Assembly (NCBI GenBank): GCA_041659945.1
Contig: JBAZXH010000001.1
Coordinates: forward strand, 262,742-326,741
Reading direction: 5' to 3'
Origin: Candidatus Pacearchaeota archaeon
GTDB taxonomy: Archaea; Nanobdellota; Nanobdellia; Pacearchaeales; GW2011-AR1
DNA: 64,000 nucleotides
The position numbers and the translations under genes were made by a program. The notes beneath the pieces were generated by a model. That model ran no database searches, was not told the origin of the DNA, and saw only the letters and a program-made list of their open reading frames with translations. Every line of letters begins with the position of its first letter. The first letter of the stretch is position 1. This document shows, piece by piece, positions 53,793-62,766 of the stretch.

Positions 53793-54407
53793 CTATTTTA
53801 TAGAATCTCTTAGATAGTCAAATCCTGCTACAATTCCTACAAGGAATGTTATGATTACAAGTATCCAAAGCGCGATTATTAATTGAGGTACTACAATCAC
53901 TAATAGTATTCCTCCTATTGCAAAAGATTGAATAAATGTTGTAATCTTGCCCACCAGTTTTACTTTGTATGGGCTTGATTTTCTTACTAGCCTAATTAGA
54001 ACTCCTGGAAAGCCAATTATCTCTCTTGAAAGACAAAGAATTGCAAGATAGGCTAGATTATGATCATTTTGGTAGAATTTTATAATTAACAAAATGACTA
54101 GTGGGATCATAAAGATTCGATCTATTACTTGGTCTAGCTTAGCTCCTATTTTTGTTTTTTGGTTTAGTCTTCTTGCAAAGAAACCATCGAAAAAATCAGT
54201 TATTGCCGCAATTGCAAAAATAAATATAATTAAAAGATAAGCTTCTGTAAACAGAATCATGTATATTAGAACAAATCCGAGTATAAGTCTTAGAAAAGTT
54301 AGAGAATTTGGGACATTTAGTAATACTTCTTTTTGAAGTTCTTTTTCAGCATCTTTTAGTTTGGTATTAAATCCTTTTTCAGGTTTTACAGCTCTTTTTT
54401 TTGGCAT
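53793..54407 (-). CDS. CDP-alcohol phosphatidyltransferase (archaeal polar-lipid headgroup synthase)
   Basis: Perfect D(x)2DG(x)2AR(x)8G(x)3D(x)3D match: DFFDGFFARRLNQKTKIGAKLDQVIDR. The protein is polytopic. Confidence 0.85.
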   Translation of the reverse strand: MPKKRAVKPEKGFNTKLKDAEKELQKEVLLNVPNSLTFLRLILGFVLIYMILFTEAYLLIIFIFAIAAITDFFDGFFARRLNQKTKIGAKLDQVIDRIFMIPLVILLIIKFYQNDHNLAYLAILCLSREIIGFPGVLIRLVRKSSPYKVKLVGKITTFIQSFAIGGILLVIVVPQLIIALWILVIITFLVGIVAGFDYLRDSIK

Positions 54408-54493
54408 TGTATCTAAATTAAAATATATATTGTAGTAGTATAATAATCTATGTTTTTAAATCTTTTTTATCTGCTAATCTTAAGACCGGAAAC

Positions 54494-54502
54494 CTTTAAA
54501 AA
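54494..54502 (+). promoter_or_regulatory. TATA box of tRNA-Asp
   Basis: ggaaacctttaaaaatcc, with the TATA centred ~29 nt upstream of tRNA position 1. Confidence 0.45.
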
Positions 54503-54526
54503 TCCAGTATGTTAGTTCTTATTAAT

Positions 54527-54599
54527 GCCCGGATAGTGTAGTGGCCTAGCATTCCACCCTGTCACGGTGGCGACCCGAGTTCAAATCTCGGTCCGGGCG
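54527..54599 (+). tRNA. tRNA-Asp(GUC); integration target of the downstream element
   Basis: Acceptor GCCCGGA/UCCGGGC plus G73; anticodon stem CCACC/GGUGG; loop CUGUCAC (anticodon 54561-54563); T arm CCGAG-UUCAAAU-CUCGG. 73 nt with no encoded CCA. Confidence 0.9.
54588..54599 (+). repeat. attL core (direct repeat)
   Basis: tcggtccgggcg, the last 12 nt of tRNA-Asp. Confidence 0.7.
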
Positions 54600-54685
54600 C
54601 TTTTCTTAATTTTATAAACGCCCTGTTTTACCTTTTAGTAAACGTTCTGAGGATATAAAAGCATAATAGTAATAATAAACTCAGA

Positions 54686-55972
54686 ATGGAAACAAAAATA
54701 GAAATTCATAACTCGGAAAGACAATTTGCAAGGTCAAAAGAATTGCTTATGCAAGACCCTTTAATTTGCAAGGAAAATAAAGAGATTATTCTTCAGTTTA
54801 TTTTAGACTGTGAAATGGGAAAGACATTAAGGAATACTTCTAAGAAGAAGATTGAGACAAGAAGACTTACTCGTTTGGTAGATATTCTACGTAATTTTTC
54901 ACACTGGTTCAATAAACCATTTAATGAAATTACTCAAGAAGATTTAGAGAGAGTTATTTTCAAACTTGAAAAAGGCGAGTATAAGAAAAAATTTACAACA
55001 AGAGTTAATGGGGAGTTTGTTGTTAGGCTTACAGATAAACCATATAGTAATGGGTCAGTAGTCTATTTTAAAAAAGTATTGAAAAAATTTGATAGATGGT
55101 TAAAGGTAAATAAAATTAATTTGAATCTTGATATGGGCTATGTGGAGATAATAGAACAAACACAAACAGACTTTGAGATAATTACAAGGAAAGAGCTTAA
55201 TACTCTTTTAGAACATGCTGACTCTACCTTTTGGAGAGCTTTTATCTCTATCCTTTGGAGTTGTGGTTTTAGAATTGAAGAGACACTAAATATTCGGATG
55301 AGGCACGTAATTCCTCCACATAATACTGAAGAAGATAATGAGAACCACATAATTAAGATTATGTTTTCTAAAAATAAATTTGGTATACGAAATGCAGAGG
55401 TTTTACTTGAATGTGCTAACAAATATTTAAAAGAATGGATTGACGAATACAAAACTAAGGAAGGGCATAATGATAGTTCTCCTTTATTCCCAATAAAGTA
55501 TATAACTGCATTCTCAAAACTCCAAAGTTTAGGTAAAAAATGTCTTAACAAGAAAGTAGGGTGCCATACTTTTAGACATAGTTCGGCAACATATTGGTGT
55601 AATATTTTAACTCACGCTAAACTTTGTTGTTTGATGGGATGGGCATTCTCCAGTAAGATGCCAGACGTCTATATTAAACGTTCAAGTGTTATGTCTGATA
55701 AGACAGCTATTAAACTTATAAAGAATTTAGAAATTAGTGAGTTTAAACAAGAAAATGATTCTTTGAAAGAGGAACTTAGCCAATTAAAGATAAGACAAAC
55801 TGAGACAGAAGAAATGCTTAAAAAAATGGCGAGTCAGCTTCAATCACCTATGCAAATACCTTATAACGGGAATACTGCAATAATCTCTGTAAGTGGATTA
55901 TCTTATCAGGATAATTTCATGCCATTTGAGATTCCAAAGAAAGATATAAAAACTAATTCCTTTCTTTTATAA
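54686..55972 (+). CDS. Tyrosine recombinase/integrase (intact, non-partitioning type)
   Basis: Catalytic signature in order: CGFRIEETLNI (Arg), CHTFRHSSATYW (HxxR) and MPDVYIKRS (Tyr). The gene is adjacent to the tRNA. Confidence 0.85.
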   Translation: METKIEIHNSERQFARSKELLMQDPLICKENKEIILQFILDCEMGKTLRNTSKKKIETRRLTRLVDILRNFSHWFNKPFNEITQEDLERVIFKLEKGEYKKKFTTRVNGEFVVRLTDKPYSNGSVVYFKKVLKKFDRWLKVNKINLNLDMGYVEIIEQTQTDFEIITRKELNTLLEHADSTFWRAFISILWSCGFRIEETLNIRMRHVIPPHNTEEDNENHIIKIMFSKNKFGIRNAEVLLECANKYLKEWIDEYKTKEGHNDSSPLFPIKYITAFSKLQSLGKKCLNKKVGCHTFRHSSATYWCNILTHAKLCCLMGWAFSSKMPDVYIKRSSVMSDKTAIKLIKNLEISEFKQENDSLKEELSQLKIRQTETEEMLKKMASQLQSPMQIPYNGNTAIISVSGLSYQDNFMPFEIPKKDIKTNSFLL

Positions 55973-55987
55973 TCTTATATTGATTTA

Positions 55988-56446
55988 TTAACTCTTTAGC
56001 TTTTCAGAAATTAGATTAAAGTTACTATAATAATACTCTCTGTTGTAATAGCAGGAAACAGAATGGTTTTCTAACTGAAAAAAGTGCTTGTTGTAATGCC
56101 AACCATAATTTATAGTTAAATTTAAATTATTGATGCTACTTTGATTTAAAATTAATTTGAATTGGGCTGTTGAACCAGGTGAAAGATATAGATAATCTGA
56201 ATTTTTAACAAATGTAATATTAGGATCTTCTGACCAGATATTTACATAAAGGGGGTTTGCTTCTTTATTGCCCTGATTAATGAATGAAACTTCGAAGGAA
56301 GAAGGAATTAAAGTGTTTGGACAAGTTGAATCATAGCCTATTTGTCTGATTCTTATAATATTAGGGCTATTAAAAAATCCAATAGTGCTCAAAACTATGA
56401 TAATTGTTAATATAGTTCCAATTACCCATTTAATTTCATATCGCAT
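55988..56446 (-). CDS. Element-encoded N-terminally anchored beta-rich protein (152 aa)
   Basis: TM segment WVIGTILTIIIVLSTIGFF, then a beta-sandwich-like ectodomain with NxS/T sequons. Confidence 0.55.
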   Translation of the reverse strand: MRYEIKWVIGTILTIIIVLSTIGFFNSPNIIRIRQIGYDSTCPNTLIPSSFEVSFINQGNKEANPLYVNIWSEDPNITFVKNSDYLYLSPGSTAQFKLILNQSSINNLNLTINYGWHYNKHFFQLENHSVSCYYNREYYYSNFNLISEKLKS

Positions 56447-56475
56447 CTTAAATTATGTTTTTGTAACTTATAAAT

Positions 56476-57558
56476 TTATTGTAAACTTAAAAAATTTTTA
56501 ACAATGATTGGAACTGAGAGTAAACAAAACCCGAGTAATGCTAAGGTTAAATACATAAAACTATTTTTTTCAGTTTTAAACTCTTCATAATTTGGGTATC
56601 TTATTGGCCAGCCAACAGAAAAACAGGTATTATTATCTCTAAACTCAAAACTAATGTAAGATAAATTAAACGGAACAATAAAGGAGTAACTTTCGTTACT
56701 ATATATTTTTTCAGTTTTTGAAGAGCCATCAGCAAAGGTAAAGTTAACTTTCCCCTCACCAGGGAAACTTTCTATTATCATATTCTGAAATTTGCAATAA
56801 ACTTTATTTCCAGAAATTACATGATTATTCAAATCCGCACATTTAATTTCTCCCAATTTCTCGTGGTTGCCATAACAATTAGTTAAATCAAAATCCATTC
56901 TTCTTTCACCAGTATAAATATTAATAAATACTGAGCCTATATTAAGCAATAAAATTATCAAAAAAATTGAAATTAATAATCTTTTATTTCTTTTATTTAC
57001 TGGTGTCCATACTTTCTTTAAGAATATTAAATGTAAGACTAAGATTATAAGAATTATTATAAACAGTGAAAAATCACCAATAATATCTGTACTTCTTAAA
57101 AAGAAGACTATAAAAGTTATGGCTGGAAATAAAAAGTATTGTATAAAAATATTTTGGTATTTATAAATTAATGGTAGCACTAAGAATACAAGATTAAATA
57201 ATACTATAATATAAACTACTGTTTTTAATGGAAACCAAGTAATATCTCCAAAGTTAGTTGAAAGAATCCCTTTTAGTATTAAATATAAAAAGAAACTAAA
57301 TAATGAAATCAAAAATAAAACTATCGCAAAAATATATTTTTCAAAAGGATAATCTTTAAAATATAAATTAATATTTTTGATAGCTATGACTAAATGTCTT
57401 TTTAATACTGATAAAATCTTTTTTATTTTTTTAAAAATGATTATAATATAATAACTGAGTTTATTTCTAATAACAAAAGAAGTTATAATAATTAAAATTA
57501 TACCTAAAACATACCAAAATTTAATTAGATAACTTAATAGATATGGGATATTTTCCAT
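56476..57558 (-). CDS. Element-encoded polytopic membrane protein (360 aa) with a C-terminal ectodomain and terminal TM
   Basis: ~8 hydrophobic segments, a Cys-containing soluble region (CYGNHEKLGEIKCADL...CKFQ) and a final TM YLTLALLGFCLLSVPIIV. Confidence 0.6.
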   Translation of the reverse strand: MENIPYLLSYLIKFWYVLGIILIIITSFVIRNKLSYYIIIIFKKIKKILSVLKRHLVIAIKNINLYFKDYPFEKYIFAIVLFLISLFSFFLYLILKGILSTNFGDITWFPLKTVVYIIVLFNLVFLVLPLIYKYQNIFIQYFLFPAITFIVFFLRSTDIIGDFSLFIIILIILVLHLIFLKKVWTPVNKRNKRLLISIFLIILLLNIGSVFINIYTGERRMDFDLTNCYGNHEKLGEIKCADLNNHVISGNKVYCKFQNMIIESFPGEGKVNFTFADGSSKTEKIYSNESYSFIVPFNLSYISFEFRDNNTCFSVGWPIRYPNYEEFKTEKNSFMYLTLALLGFCLLSVPIIVKNFLSLQ

Positions 57559-57591
57559 GTATTATTAAATAAACAGGAATTTTATACTTTT

Positions 57592-57846
57592 CTATATTTC
57601 TCCTCTTATTTTCTTACCTTTTTCTGTTAGAGTGTAAACTCTTCCTAACTTTTCTTGTTCATTAAGGCATTTTGCTATTTTTTGTTCTACAAACAACCTT
57701 AAAATATCACTTACATTATTTAATGCCAAACCCGTTAGTCTTTTAATCTGGGTGGGAGTCAATGGCTTATCCATTATTTTGATTATTTTCTCTCTTTGGG
57801 AACCCCTTACTATCCAAGAGTATAATTTAATCTCTTCTTTGTTCAT
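57592..57846 (-). CDS. Small winged-helix (ArsR-like) regulator
   Basis: KPLTPTQIKRLTGLALNNVSDILRLFVEQKIAKCLN...GRVYTLTEKG. Confidence 0.7.
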   Translation of the reverse strand: MNKEEIKLYSWIVRGSQREKIIKIMDKPLTPTQIKRLTGLALNNVSDILRLFVEQKIAKCLNEQEKLGRVYTLTEKGKKIRGEI

Positions 57847-57937
57847 ATAACAGTATCTTTTAAGAATTAAAAGGGATTACACTGAATTTATACCGAAACA
57901 ACGAAAGGTTTATATATCTCTTAAAGATTGATTTTTT

Positions 57938-58840
57938 ATGAGAAAGTTAGTTGTTGGGGTATTATTTGCCTTTCTTTTAGTGGGAATAGTTAGTGCCGTT
58001 CAAGTTTGTGAGAACTATGATAATTTTAATTCTGGAAGTTTAGATTCGTCAAAGTGGACTATTAAACAAGATATTGAGGGTCAACCTCTTATGGATGAAG
58101 GAACTATTCTTAATGAAAATGGTTTTGTATTTCATACTAAACAAAATACTCCTACAGATAGAAGAATTTACTTAGTTCCTAATTATGCTTTCAAATCTGG
58201 AGATGTTTTTGAGTATGATTTGAATGTAGTATCTTATGATGGAGTTTATGGTAGTTTAGTTTTATTGACTGGTGACTTGTATGCCAGACTGGGAATAGTT
58301 GGACAAAATGGCGGTCCTCAACCGTTTAATGAATTAGGATTAACTCATGTAATATTAAACTTCTCTCAGAATAATCTTCAGCTAACAAGAATTTCTCCTT
58401 CAAATCAGTCTTATATACAAAATATTGCTCTACCTATTCAGAATGGAACTTATGGATTATACGTTGGTTCTTTTTCAGGTAGCAACGGCGTTGCTCATAT
58501 AGATTATGATAATTTCAAAATTTGTAAAGATGTTCAAGTTGTAGATTCAGATAATGATGGGGTAAATGATAATATTGATAAATGTCTTAATACAAACTTG
58601 CCAGAAAAATTTAATAGATTGATTCTTGCAAGATATGGCGATATTGATGGAGATAAGATTTTTGAAACTGTTAAATTAAACAAAAAAGATAAACTAACAG
58701 TGATTGATAGTTCTTATGCCTTAAAAGATACTTTTGGGTGTTCATGTAAACAAATCTTAAAATTAACACATTCTCACTCAGCAGAACAATTTTTTGGTTG
58801 TAAGAAGGCTACAATTACTAAATTTATACGTTCTTTTTAA
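57938..58840 (+). CDS. Secreted ConA-like lectin/glucanase-fold protein with a thrombospondin type-3 (Ca-binding) repeat
   Basis: Signal MRKLVVGVLFAFLLVGIVSA. YDNFNSGSLDSSKWT is the typical GH16/LamG-like N-terminal strand. DSDNDGVNDNIDKC is a TSP3 repeat. tttatatat lies ~25 nt upstream of the ATG. Confidence 0.65.
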   Translation: MRKLVVGVLFAFLLVGIVSAVQVCENYDNFNSGSLDSSKWTIKQDIEGQPLMDEGTILNENGFVFHTKQNTPTDRRIYLVPNYAFKSGDVFEYDLNVVSYDGVYGSLVLLTGDLYARLGIVGQNGGPQPFNELGLTHVILNFSQNNLQLTRISPSNQSYIQNIALPIQNGTYGLYVGSFSGSNGVAHIDYDNFKICKDVQVVDSDNDGVNDNIDKCLNTNLPEKFNRLILARYGDIDGDKIFETVKLNKKDKLTVIDSSYALKDTFGCSCKQILKLTHSHSAEQFFGCKKATITKFIRSF

Positions 58841-59298
58841 TGGAAACTGAAAAACCTAAAAACTGGTTTAAGAAACATAAGATAATTACTGGATTTTTAA
58901 TCTTCTTTGTCCTCATATGGTTAATTGGTTCTACAGCTTATATTTTTGGGTATAGGTCTGAAAATTCGCAACAGACTTCTTATAACTCAAATACTCAAAG
59001 TTCTATTTCTTCAACAAGTCCTTCTATCGGAGAAGAGGGCAGACTTTACTCTAATGGTCAAGACACTCTTGTTGCAGTAGACAAAGCAAGCCTTGATGAA
59101 CTAACTCATGCTTTTACTGTTAAAGATACAATAGGTGCTCAAAATATGGTTTTAGATGGTAGAGCTTTTTTTGTTAAAAGCAATACAAAAATTTTAGTTT
59201 TGGATAGTGATTTTGCTGTTAGAGAGTTTAGAATTCTTGAAGGAGATAATTACGAAAAAGTTGGTTGGGCCCCTAAAGAATGGATTATTAAAGGGTAA
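58840..59298 (+). CDS. Membrane-anchored protein with S/T/Q-rich linker and small C-terminal beta domain
   Basis: TM IITGFLIFFVLIWLIGSTAYIF. ATGG/TAATG-type abutment with the upstream gene. Confidence 0.55.
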   Translation: METEKPKNWFKKHKIITGFLIFFVLIWLIGSTAYIFGYRSENSQQTSYNSNTQSSISSTSPSIGEEGRLYSNGQDTLVAVDKASLDELTHAFTVKDTIGAQNMVLDGRAFFVKSNTKILVLDSDFAVREFRILEGDNYEKVGWAPKEWIIKG

Positions 59299-59487
59299 AT
59301 AAAAAGGGACTAAAAGAATATGAAGATAGTATTTACAAAGAATATATTAAAGAAAAAGCAAGGTTACAAGCAAGGAAAAAACACAGTAAATAATAATACT
59401 TTATTTCTCAATTAATTAACTACAATCCAGGAAAGTTTAAATTAGGCTTATTCTTAGTATTAACATGGAATAAGAAGTATAAAGAAA

Positions 59488-60015
59488 ATGAGTTTAACAT
59501 TAATTGAGTTTTTAGGGATATTTTTAGGTTTAGGGGGATTTATTTTAGGAGTTATTAATTCTTGGGTATTATTAGCAAAATATAGAAAAGATAAACCAAT
59601 TATTAAAATAAAAAAAGATATTACTTACAAAAAACATAAAAAATTTGATGAAATAAGCCCTGTTAGTTATGCAGATAAAGCTATCAGAGGAGAATTTAAT
59701 AACAATATCCTTAATTGTGAAATTAGAGAATTTATAGTAGATATAATAAATAAAGGGCATAGAGATGCAAGACTAAAAAGTGTTTTACCATTATATAAAC
59801 CGAAAGGACTAAAAGATTTTTATCCAAAGGTTATAGGTTTTCATCCAATGACAATAAGTGCTGGAGATAAAGAATTTGTTCATCTATTTTTTGAGTTTCC
59901 ATCAGATATAATCAAAAAAATTGAAAAGACGTCAATAAATGTAATAATAGTTGAATTTGATTTTGTACATAAAAAAATCAAAGAAAAATTTTTGATAGAG
60001 CTGAAAGAAAATTAA
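59488..60015 (+). CDS. N-terminally anchored hypothetical protein (175 aa)
   Basis: TM LIEFLGIFLGLGGFILGVINSWVLL. The promoter gaaagtttaaatta lies upstream. Confidence 0.5.
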   Translation: MSLTLIEFLGIFLGLGGFILGVINSWVLLAKYRKDKPIIKIKKDITYKKHKKFDEISPVSYADKAIRGEFNNNILNCEIREFIVDIINKGHRDARLKSVLPLYKPKGLKDFYPKVIGFHPMTISAGDKEFVHLFFEFPSDIIKKIEKTSINVIIVEFDFVHKKIKEKFLIELKEN

Positions 60016-60230
60016 TCATTTACTTTAAGCCATAATCTCCCGTCTCTTTTAACAGCTACACCTCCCAAGTCTCCAATAGCAATAACCTCTTCGGGATTAC
60101 CAGAGGTTATAAAACCGCAACTAATTTCCTCTTGTTTTACAAGTAATTCTTTACATACTTTACATTTTAGGTTTTTCTTAGTCAAATTAGTTTCAATTTC
60201 TCTATTACACGTTTTACAGATAAGTCTCAT
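60012..60230 (-). CDS. Zinc-ribbon protein (72 aa)
   Basis: CKTC...CKVC. It overlaps the upstream gene by 17 nt. Confidence 0.55.
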   Translation of the reverse strand: MRLICKTCNREIETNLTKKNLKCKVCKELLVKQEEISCGFITSGNPEEVIAIGDLGGVAVKRDGRLWLKVND

Positions 60231-60822
60231 CTTCTTGTTTCTCCTTTAATTCTTGTTCTTTTTTAGGTTCTTTCTGGGTGGTTACCTTTTCTTTTGGATA
60301 AACTACTTCTATCATATGATCTGGTTTACCTTCTTGATTTTTGACTATTACAAGGTCTCCATTCCAAAATTTTCTTTCAAAGCTATATAACTCTCTGTCA
60401 AATTGCTCTTTTTCTTCAATACTTAGTCGTGGAACTAACCAAGAAAGTAAATAGTTCTTTAGCTCTTTTCTTCCCCTAGTCTCTTTCTCCCATAAATCAA
60501 TAAAGTCTAGTGCATCCTTTTTCCAAGATTGAGCCTCTTCATCTAACTGAGGTATTGGTTTGTAATAATCTCCAAAAGTTTTGAAGACTGACAATAATGT
60601 ATTTACAAGAATAAGCCTTTCTCTTACATCTAAATCACTTTTTTCAATTTCTTCAATATTTTGAGCTATTTTTTGTGCAAAATTATCTGGATTCCTTATT
60701 AGGTCAAGGATTTTTGGATTAAGGTATTTTGAGTATTCTCCAGTTTTTAGTGGATTAAGGATTGCACTAACTTGCTTACGTTTACTGGTTCGTTTTGACT
60801 TTTCCTCTTGTTCGTTTTTCAT
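60214..60822 (-). CDS. Element hypothetical protein (202 aa, basic N-terminus, acidic C-terminus)
   Basis: ATGA overlap with the upstream mini-ORF. Confidence 0.55.
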   Translation of the reverse strand: MKNEQEEKSKRTSKRKQVSAILNPLKTGEYSKYLNPKILDLIRNPDNFAQKIAQNIEEIEKSDLDVRERLILVNTLLSVFKTFGDYYKPIPQLDEEAQSWKKDALDFIDLWEKETRGRKELKNYLLSWLVPRLSIEEKEQFDRELYSFERKFWNGDLVIVKNQEGKPDHMIEVVYPKEKVTTQKEPKKEQELKEKQEDETYL

Positions 60823-60959
60823 TGTAACTCCTCCAGGTAATTTGTTAGTTTCTTTCCTATTTTGGCCAATTTAGGTTCTATTCCATGAATTTCTGGCTCT
60901 TCTTGGTCTACCCAGAGTAATGTAGCTTCTAATACTCTGATTATTTCTTCCTTGTTCAT
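60819..60959 (-). CDS. Mini-protein (46 aa; not in the ORF track)
   Basis: MNKEEIIRVLEATLLWVDQEEPEIHGIEPKLAKIGKKLTNYLEELQ. ATGA start/stop overlaps on both sides (with 60956-62389 and 60214-60822) argue for translational coupling. Confidence 0.55.
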   Translation of the reverse strand: MNKEEIIRVLEATLLWVDQEEPEIHGIEPKLAKIGKKLTNYLEELQ

Positions 60960-62389
60960 TTTAATGTCTCTGAGAAATTAATCTCTTCAATTTTAGTTTG
61001 TTTTATATCGTTTAGAGGTTTAATACCTTGAATACCTTTAGCACCTGTTTTATTTTCTTGAGGTATTAAAGGTTCTAAAGGTGTTAAATCGATTTTAGTC
61101 AACTCTTCAAACTCGGGTAGATTTATTTTTTCATTTTCTCTATAGCTCTTTGATATACTATATATTGTTATATCTCTATTCCAAGTGTCTTTATCCGTGA
61201 ACATTTCAAGGAGCCCATATTTTACTAAAAAACCCAAGTTAGTCTGCAGTGCTGGTAGAGACATAAACTTCATTTTAGAATCATGTAACATTGAGGCAGA
61301 ACCTGTTAATTGAGGTTCATTCTCAAAGGTTTCTAAAATGTGCTTTTGATTTATTGTCAGTGGAATCATATACTTGTTTGAACAGAGTTTTAGAAAGCAT
61401 AATCTTGCTATTTCGTAATCCTGTTTTTCTGCTAAAATATACCCTTCTTCGTCTATTTTTCTTTGAAACTGGTGGAATGCTGCAGCTGCTGCAATGAAAT
61501 CAAGAAACCTTGGGTAATGGGTTCTCATTATCACGTTTTTTACTGGTAGGTATTTGTCAATTAAATCCGCAAAAGGAACTTTTACTTTAACTCTCTTCAA
61601 ATGTTTCATTACTTCAGTATAATATTCATAGTAACCTGGAACAATTCCCTTTTTCTTATACTCGGAGTGTCTTTTCATAATTGCCTTTGTTTGTTCTTCT
61701 GAACTATCAAGATTTAGAATAACAAATCTTCTTATTAATTCAGGACTGGGTATTGCAGAGGCGGTAGTAGTTATCATTACTGGTTTACCTTTTATTTCAA
61801 TGTCTACTGCTTTTTGTTTTATGGTTACTGTGGCAGAACTTCCTTTAGAGGTCATTACTTTAAAGACGTCAGAATTTAGAACCATCTCTGAAATGTCTTC
61901 AGGGTAGAATACCTTTCCGTCCCAAGTCCATTCTTCTTCAGTATGCCAGTAGGTGAATACTGCAGGCGAGATTCTTGTTTTGTGTATATAGTATTTAGTA
62001 GGTAGTATTTCAAGAACTGCTCCTACTACATAATCTTTACCTGTTCCAGCTTCGTCATTTACTAAAAGGTTATATGAGGCAATTTGGCAGTTTTCAACAA
62101 GCCTACCACATGCACATAAAAATATGACTTTCCTTGCTTCAATTTCTCCAACAATTTTTTTATCAAACTCATTTTCTGTAATTTCATTGAATATGTTAGG
62201 ATTTTTTAAAACTTCAAGGTATTCTGGAGAAATATCTTTTTCTAACATTAATTTTTCATAATTTTCTGGACTAATACCTCCAATACTTAAAGCAAGATTT
62301 TTATTAACAGGGTCACGAAAATTCGGTTGACCCTCACCTTCAAAAACGCTTTTATCTCTCCAGTATTTTGCTTCTGCTTCAGTTGTCAT
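60956..62389 (-). CDS. Element P-loop-like NTPase (probable replication/helicase or packaging protein)
   Basis: The hydrophobic strand plus deviant P-loop is YNLLVNDEAGTGKDYVVG. A later segment reads KPVMITTTASAIPSPELIRRFVILNLD. It is the largest gene in the overlapping operon. The family is not recognised with confidence. Confidence 0.5.
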   Translation of the reverse strand: MTTEAEAKYWRDKSVFEGEGQPNFRDPVNKNLALSIGGISPENYEKLMLEKDISPEYLEVLKNPNIFNEITENEFDKKIVGEIEARKVIFLCACGRLVENCQIASYNLLVNDEAGTGKDYVVGAVLEILPTKYYIHKTRISPAVFTYWHTEEEWTWDGKVFYPEDISEMVLNSDVFKVMTSKGSSATVTIKQKAVDIEIKGKPVMITTTASAIPSPELIRRFVILNLDSSEEQTKAIMKRHSEYKKKGIVPGYYEYYTEVMKHLKRVKVKVPFADLIDKYLPVKNVIMRTHYPRFLDFIAAAAAFHQFQRKIDEEGYILAEKQDYEIARLCFLKLCSNKYMIPLTINQKHILETFENEPQLTGSASMLHDSKMKFMSLPALQTNLGFLVKYGLLEMFTDKDTWNRDITIYSISKSYRENEKINLPEFEELTKIDLTPLEPLIPQENKTGAKGIQGIKPLNDIKQTKIEEINFSETLK

Positions 62390-62561
62390 TTTTCACTCCT
62401 AATTTTTCTTTAATTTTTAGAATTCTATCTAAAGGAAGTATTAACCGATTGGTATCAGTAATTAGAGTTATGAAATGTTCGTCTATATTTTCAATTATGG
62501 CAATTAAACTTTCTGGTTCTTCTCTTTCACCCTTATAAATTATAGTTTTCTTTTCTTCCAT
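62379..62561 (-). CDS. Small element protein (60 aa)
   Basis: Overlaps the downstream ATPase gene by 11 nt. Confidence 0.45.
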   Translation of the reverse strand: MEEKKTIIYKGEREEPESLIAIIENIDEHFITLITDTNRLILPLDRILKIKEKLGVKNDN

Positions 62562-62661
62562 CTTTTCTTATCCTATCAAGTCTTGCCTTGCACGAAGGAC
62601 ACTCTCGTGGTTGTTCGACCCTATTTTCCCACTCTAACCCGCAATTGATGCATTGTTTCAT
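62533..62661 (-). CDS. Zinc-ribbon mini-protein (42 aa; not in the ORF track)
   Basis: MKQCINCGLEWENRVEQPRECPSCKARLDRIRKDGRKENYNL has CxxC...CxxC. The segment is locally GC-richer and is the first gene of the minus-strand operon. Confidence 0.45.
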   Translation of the reverse strand: MKQCINCGLEWENRVEQPRECPSCKARLDRIRKDGRKENYNL

Positions 62662-62732
62662 ATTATTACTACGAACTTATGCCTTAAAAATGCTTAATAT
62701 CTTTACATATAGGTATAGGTTTACCTAAAGGG

Positions 62733-62746
62733 AAACGTTTAAATAG
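62733..62746 (+). promoter_or_regulatory. BRE/TATA promoter of the 62767 regulator gene
   Basis: ggaaacgtttaaatag, with the TATA ~25 nt upstream of the ATG. It is divergent from the minus-strand operon. Confidence 0.45.
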
Positions 62747-62766
62747 TTTAATAATCATAGTAATAT

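Noticed and set aside
54611-54620. 10-bp inverted repeat tttataaacg (54611-54620) / cgtttataaa (63301-63310) just inside both element ends, considered as terminal inverted repeats or integrase arm sites
   Set aside because: Eight of the ten bases are the self-complementary TATA consensus tttataaa, which is abundant in this window. The real information content is therefore about 2 bp. It is kept only as a note.
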